Under the pieces are notes generated by a model. The model had not been told where the DNA came from and ran no database searches. It saw only the letters and a list, made by a program, of their open reading frames with translations. Source: Candidatus Saccharimonadota bacterium (GTDB lineage Bacteria; Patescibacteriota; Gracilibacteria; BD1-5; UBA6164). Taken from it: DNA of 32,000 nt. Positions 29,140-32,000 of this stretch are shown piece by piece. Positions within the stretch are counted from its first letter, which is position 1. Each line of letters opens with the position of its first letter. The translations under genes and the position numbers were made by a program. The stretch spans positions 930,001 through 962,000 of the forward strand of contig OY782392.1 in assembly GCA_963677765.1 (NCBI GenBank), given 5' to 3'.

Positions 29140-31314
29140 TTACTTTTTCAAAAGTAAATCTCTAAGTAATCTAGCTGCTTTTTCTTCGTATTCTCTTCTT
29201 AATTGTATTTCTCTTTCAGCAAATTCAGCTTTTACTCTTACTAATTCTCTTTGTGCTTCTTCTTTTTCTCTATTTGCCTGCTCTAATTGTTCTGCTTGTT
29301 GTTGTACTTGTTCGTTTAATCAGTGATTTAATTCATATGCATCTCTTAATTTTTGAGTTACAGTTTCATTTGAAATATTTATATTTCATTCTAGTAAATC
29401 ATCATAAGATTTTTGTAGTTTATCTATTTGTGCTAATAAACTTTGATTATTTCTTTGTTGATTAGCTATACTTTCTCTTAATCAATTATTATTTCTTTCT
29501 AATATTTCTATTTCATTTGTTAATTTTTTTCTTTCTTCTGTTAAATCCTCTATATTATTTTTTGCTTCATTATAATTTGGTAGTATTTCATTATATTTTT
29601 CTAGGTATTCTCTAAATCATTCTAACTCTTCATTTAATCTAGTTAATTCATTGTTTTTTTCTTCTAATTCTTGGTTTTTTTCTTTTAATTCTTCTATTTC
29701 TCAATTCATTCTTGATATTTTTTCTAGTGCTCAAGTAAGAGTTTGTGCTTTTTCTTCTAATTCTAATAATTGAGCTTTTTCTTGTTCTAGAGTGTTAATT
29801 TGAGATTTTAATTCTACTATTTGAGAATCAAGTTGTGATATTCTATTGTTTAATCTATTATTTAATGCTTGAGTTCTATTTAAATTATCTTGAGTTTGAG
29901 CTAATAATATATCTCTAGCATCTCATACTTTATCTATTTGTTGAACTAATTGATTTTTTTCAGTTATCATTATATCTATTTCTGACTGTCTTCTTTCAAG
30001 TTCTTCATTTAATGATTGTTCTTTTCTTTCTAGTATCTCTATTGTTTGGTTAAGGCTTGTTATTTGGTTGTGAAGAGTACTATTTCTTTGATTTAATTCA
30101 TTATTTGATTGAGTTAACTCATCAATTTGATTTTTCAGAGTTATTATTTGAGCATTATTTATTTTTTTTATATTTTCTATTTCGTTTTTTAATACTTGAA
30201 TTTCTGAATTATAATCATTTCTTTCTTTTTCAAATGCTTCTTGAAGTCTAACTATTCTTAGATTTGATTCATCCTCTATTCTTTTTACTTCAGCACTATG
30301 AGTTGCTCTTAATCTTTCTAATTGTGAGTTATGCTCTTGATTTAGTTTTTGAATTTCTTCTTCTTTTTTTTCTATACTTTGTTCTAGGATTTGTATCTCA
30401 CTTCTATGCTTTGTCTCCAGTTCTTGTATTCTTGAATTGAAGTTATTTTTTGATTCTTCTATTTTGTTTTCTTTATCTTGAATTATATCTTTTATTTGTT
30501 GATTGTGATTGTTTATTAATACAACTTTTTCTTCTTCTATTTTTTGTAAATTGTATTCTAATATACCTATTTTTTGTCTTGCTTCTCTAAGTAGTTTTTG
30601 TATTTTTAAGTATTGGTCGTTTATTTCAATTATCTTGTTCATTGATTGATCAATACTATCTGGTATATCTGATACAAAAACATTTAATAATTGTTTATTA
30701 TCTATTTCTATTTGTGTTTCATTTTTACTAGATCAAAATAATGTCCATCATTTCTCTTCTATAACTATTTCTTTTCATTTTAATTCTCATTCAATTGTTA
30801 TATTATTTGAAAATTCAGAATTTTCAGGCATAGATTCTCAAATACTTACAGTTATTTTTCATTCACTTAAATCATCTATTTTTTCTAGTAATTTATCTAG
30901 TTCTTGATATCAACTTACCGTATATCATACTTTTAGTATTTTTATATATGATTCTAATAATATAGATCTAAGATATATTTTTGTATTTGGTCATATATTT
31001 AAGCTATTGTATTCATCATATAGTGAGTCCAATTGATTTTTATTTAATTCTACTTCATGCATAGAATAAAAATTTGATAATAAATCAATTAGTTCTTTAG
31101 AATTATTTATTTGAACTCCTGCTATCTCATTACTTACAATATTTCAATTGTTATTTTCAGTATTTGCTTTTGTATTAGTTCAAACTATTGCAGCAACTGA
31201 CAAACCTATTGCAAATATATATGTATTTATCTTGTTTTTAAACCATTTATTTTCAACTGAATTTTTAGGAGATTCTATATTAGTTTCAGAACTATTATGT
31301 TTTAATATTGACAT
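29140..31314 (-). CDS. membrane-anchored giant coiled-coil protein, 724 aa
   Basis: ATG (minus) 31312-31314, TAA complement 29140-29142. Every codon was checked for TAA/TAG; 24 TGA are read as Gly. The N-terminal region has one hydrophobic helix (YIFAIGLSVAAIVG, 31180-31221), followed by a ~190-aa globular part and ~480 aa of uninterrupted heptad-like E/K/Q/N/L sequence. Confidence 0.75.
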
Positions 31315-31352
31315 AAATTAATTGTATTTATTAATATAAAAATATTACAGTA

Positions 31353-31380
31353 TTTATACTACTTTTTTATATAATGTCAA
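31353..31380 (-). promoter_or_regulatory. sigma70-type promoter for the coiled-coil/LysM operon
   Basis: On the minus strand: TTGACA (complement of 31375-31380), 16 nt, TATAAA (complement of 31353-31358), 39 nt upstream of the ATG at 31314. Confidence 0.55.
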
Positions 31381-31381
31381 T

Positions 31382-31412
31382 AAAAAAATACTAATTTTTA
31401 TTAGTATTTTTT
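31382..31412 (-). terminator. intrinsic terminator after the HD-domain gene
   Basis: aaaatactaat-tttt-attagtatttt forms an 11-bp stem with flanking A and T runs. It overlaps the stop codon of the minus-strand gene. Confidence 0.7.
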
Positions 31413-31884
31413 ATTTTCACATATCATCATATTTTAAGAATAGAGCAAGTTCTTTTTTGAAGCTATCATCCAAATTATCCCATACATATTTTTGTCTTGT
31501 GTATTCATTTTTCCAGTGTTGTCTATATTTTTCAGATTTTGTTTCATCTTTACTTTTTTCTAGTGCTTTTTTTGTTCATCTTATAAGATAGTGCCATCTT
31601 ACAAGTTTTTTTGTATAGTTTGAAATTAATGGCCAGTTTTTTATTATTTGATAGGATTTTTCTTCATGTCAGTGAAAAGAAAAATCTAGTTTTTTATTTT
31701 TATTTCTGGTTGCCATTAATGGTTTTCATATATCATGAAGCAATCATGCACTTATCATTCTATATTTTTTATTTTTTATAATATAGTATGTTACTTTTAG
31801 TGTATGAATTAATACTCAATGTCTATGCCGTTTATTTTGCTTCCAAAATATGGTAATTAATTTTTCCCAAATAGTAGTTTTCAT
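31411..31884 (-). CDS. HD-domain phosphohydrolase, 157 aa
   Basis: ..HRHGVLIHTLKVTYYI..MISAGLLHDIGKPLMA..FHGHEEKSYQII.. shows the H..HD..H/D metal-binding pattern with the common LLHDIGKP block. Confidence 0.72.
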
Positions 31885-32000
31885 ATAAAAGAATATATTT
31901 ATCATTATAGGAATATATTTTAACTCAAAAATCTTATTTTTCAACTTATAGTTTTTTATTTGAAAAAAATAAATATTGTATAGAATTAAATTTATTATTT

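Noticed and set aside
2612-30251. Track ORFs 2612-2887(-), 9509-9814(-), 15232-15423(+), 16526-16723(-), 19477-19671(-), 26392-26616(-), 29253-29465(+) and 30057-30251(+) as genes.
   Set aside because: Each lies antisense to, or out of frame within, a long homology-supported code-25 ORF. Each translates to low-complexity Leu/Ile/Phe/Lys-rich sequence, typical of shadow ORFs in AT-rich DNA.
29140-31314. The 724-aa coiled-coil protein as SMC, RecN or a Rad50-like ATPase.
   Set aside because: It has no Walker A/B, signature or hinge motifs. It does have an N-terminal TM helix, which those families lack.
1-32000. Taking the supplied standard-code ORFs at face value, i.e. a gene-poor region or a graveyard of pseudogenes broken by TGA stops.
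   Set aside because: All interruptions are TGA, never TAA or TAG. They coincide with conserved glycines in unrelated protein families. Every reconstructed ORF ends cleanly at TAA/TAG next to a terminator or the next start. This pattern indicates codon reassignment rather than decay.
1-32000. TGA = Trp (code 4, Mycoplasma/Spiroplasma-like), which the low GC content would also suggest.
   Set aside because: The TGA positions in Walker A, the Nudix box, methyltransferase motif I, the PRTase loop and glutaredoxin GG are invariant Gly, not Trp. TGG remains in use at Trp-like positions (e.g. LWDIANEL in HsdM, ITWENI in the aminotransferase).
1-32000. CRISPR arrays, rRNA genes, integrases, transposases or IS elements.
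   Set aside because: No regularly spaced direct repeats were found. No recombinase or transposase motifs appeared in any code-25 translation. The island-like interpretation of the R-M cassette therefore rests only on position and short repeats.

Overview
Very AT-rich bacterial chromosomal segment (about a quarter G+C by eye) that only makes sense under genetic code 25, where UGA encodes glycine. This code is known from Gracilibacteria (BD1-5) and Absconditabacteria (SR1) in the CPR/Patescibacteria. The supplied standard-code ORF track fragments every gene. Reading TGA as Gly and stopping only at TAA/TAG gives 31 tightly packed CDSs plus one tmRNA.

Layout:
- 1-8415, housekeeping: YvcK-like fragment, ArsC-family reductase, glutaredoxin, U32-like protein, aminotransferase, a PulG-type pilin, uvrB and membrane proteins.
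- 8487-8940: tmRNA (ssrA).
- 9151-16949: a five-gene type I restriction-modification operon, hsdM-hsdS-X-Y-hsdR, sitting directly 3' of the tmRNA.
- 17.1-24 kb, accessory stretch: GNAT, SAM-methyltransferase, GNAT, SpoT-type HD hydrolase, Nudix hydrolase, a secreted protein, a 567-aa protein with a C-terminal PRTase motif, two small membrane proteins and a C39-like peptidase.
- 24.2-31.3 kb, envelope/surface cluster: a secreted NlpC/P60-like protein, a large C-terminally anchored protein that may be the frameshifted continuation of that gene, an acidic LysM protein and a 724-aa membrane-anchored coiled-coil protein.
- 31411-31884: an HD-domain protein.

The most interesting candidate system is the X-Y pair inside the R-M operon. 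X has an Abi_C-like RN..HG motif and carries a C-terminal tail homologous to the HsdR C-terminus. Y is a two-TM membrane protein with no recognisable domain. The arrangement resembles the prr locus (hsd genes plus PrrC).

No CRISPR array, rRNA, canonical tRNA, integrase or transposase was seen. All functional calls rest on motifs read by eye from my own code-25 translation. No database search was run.
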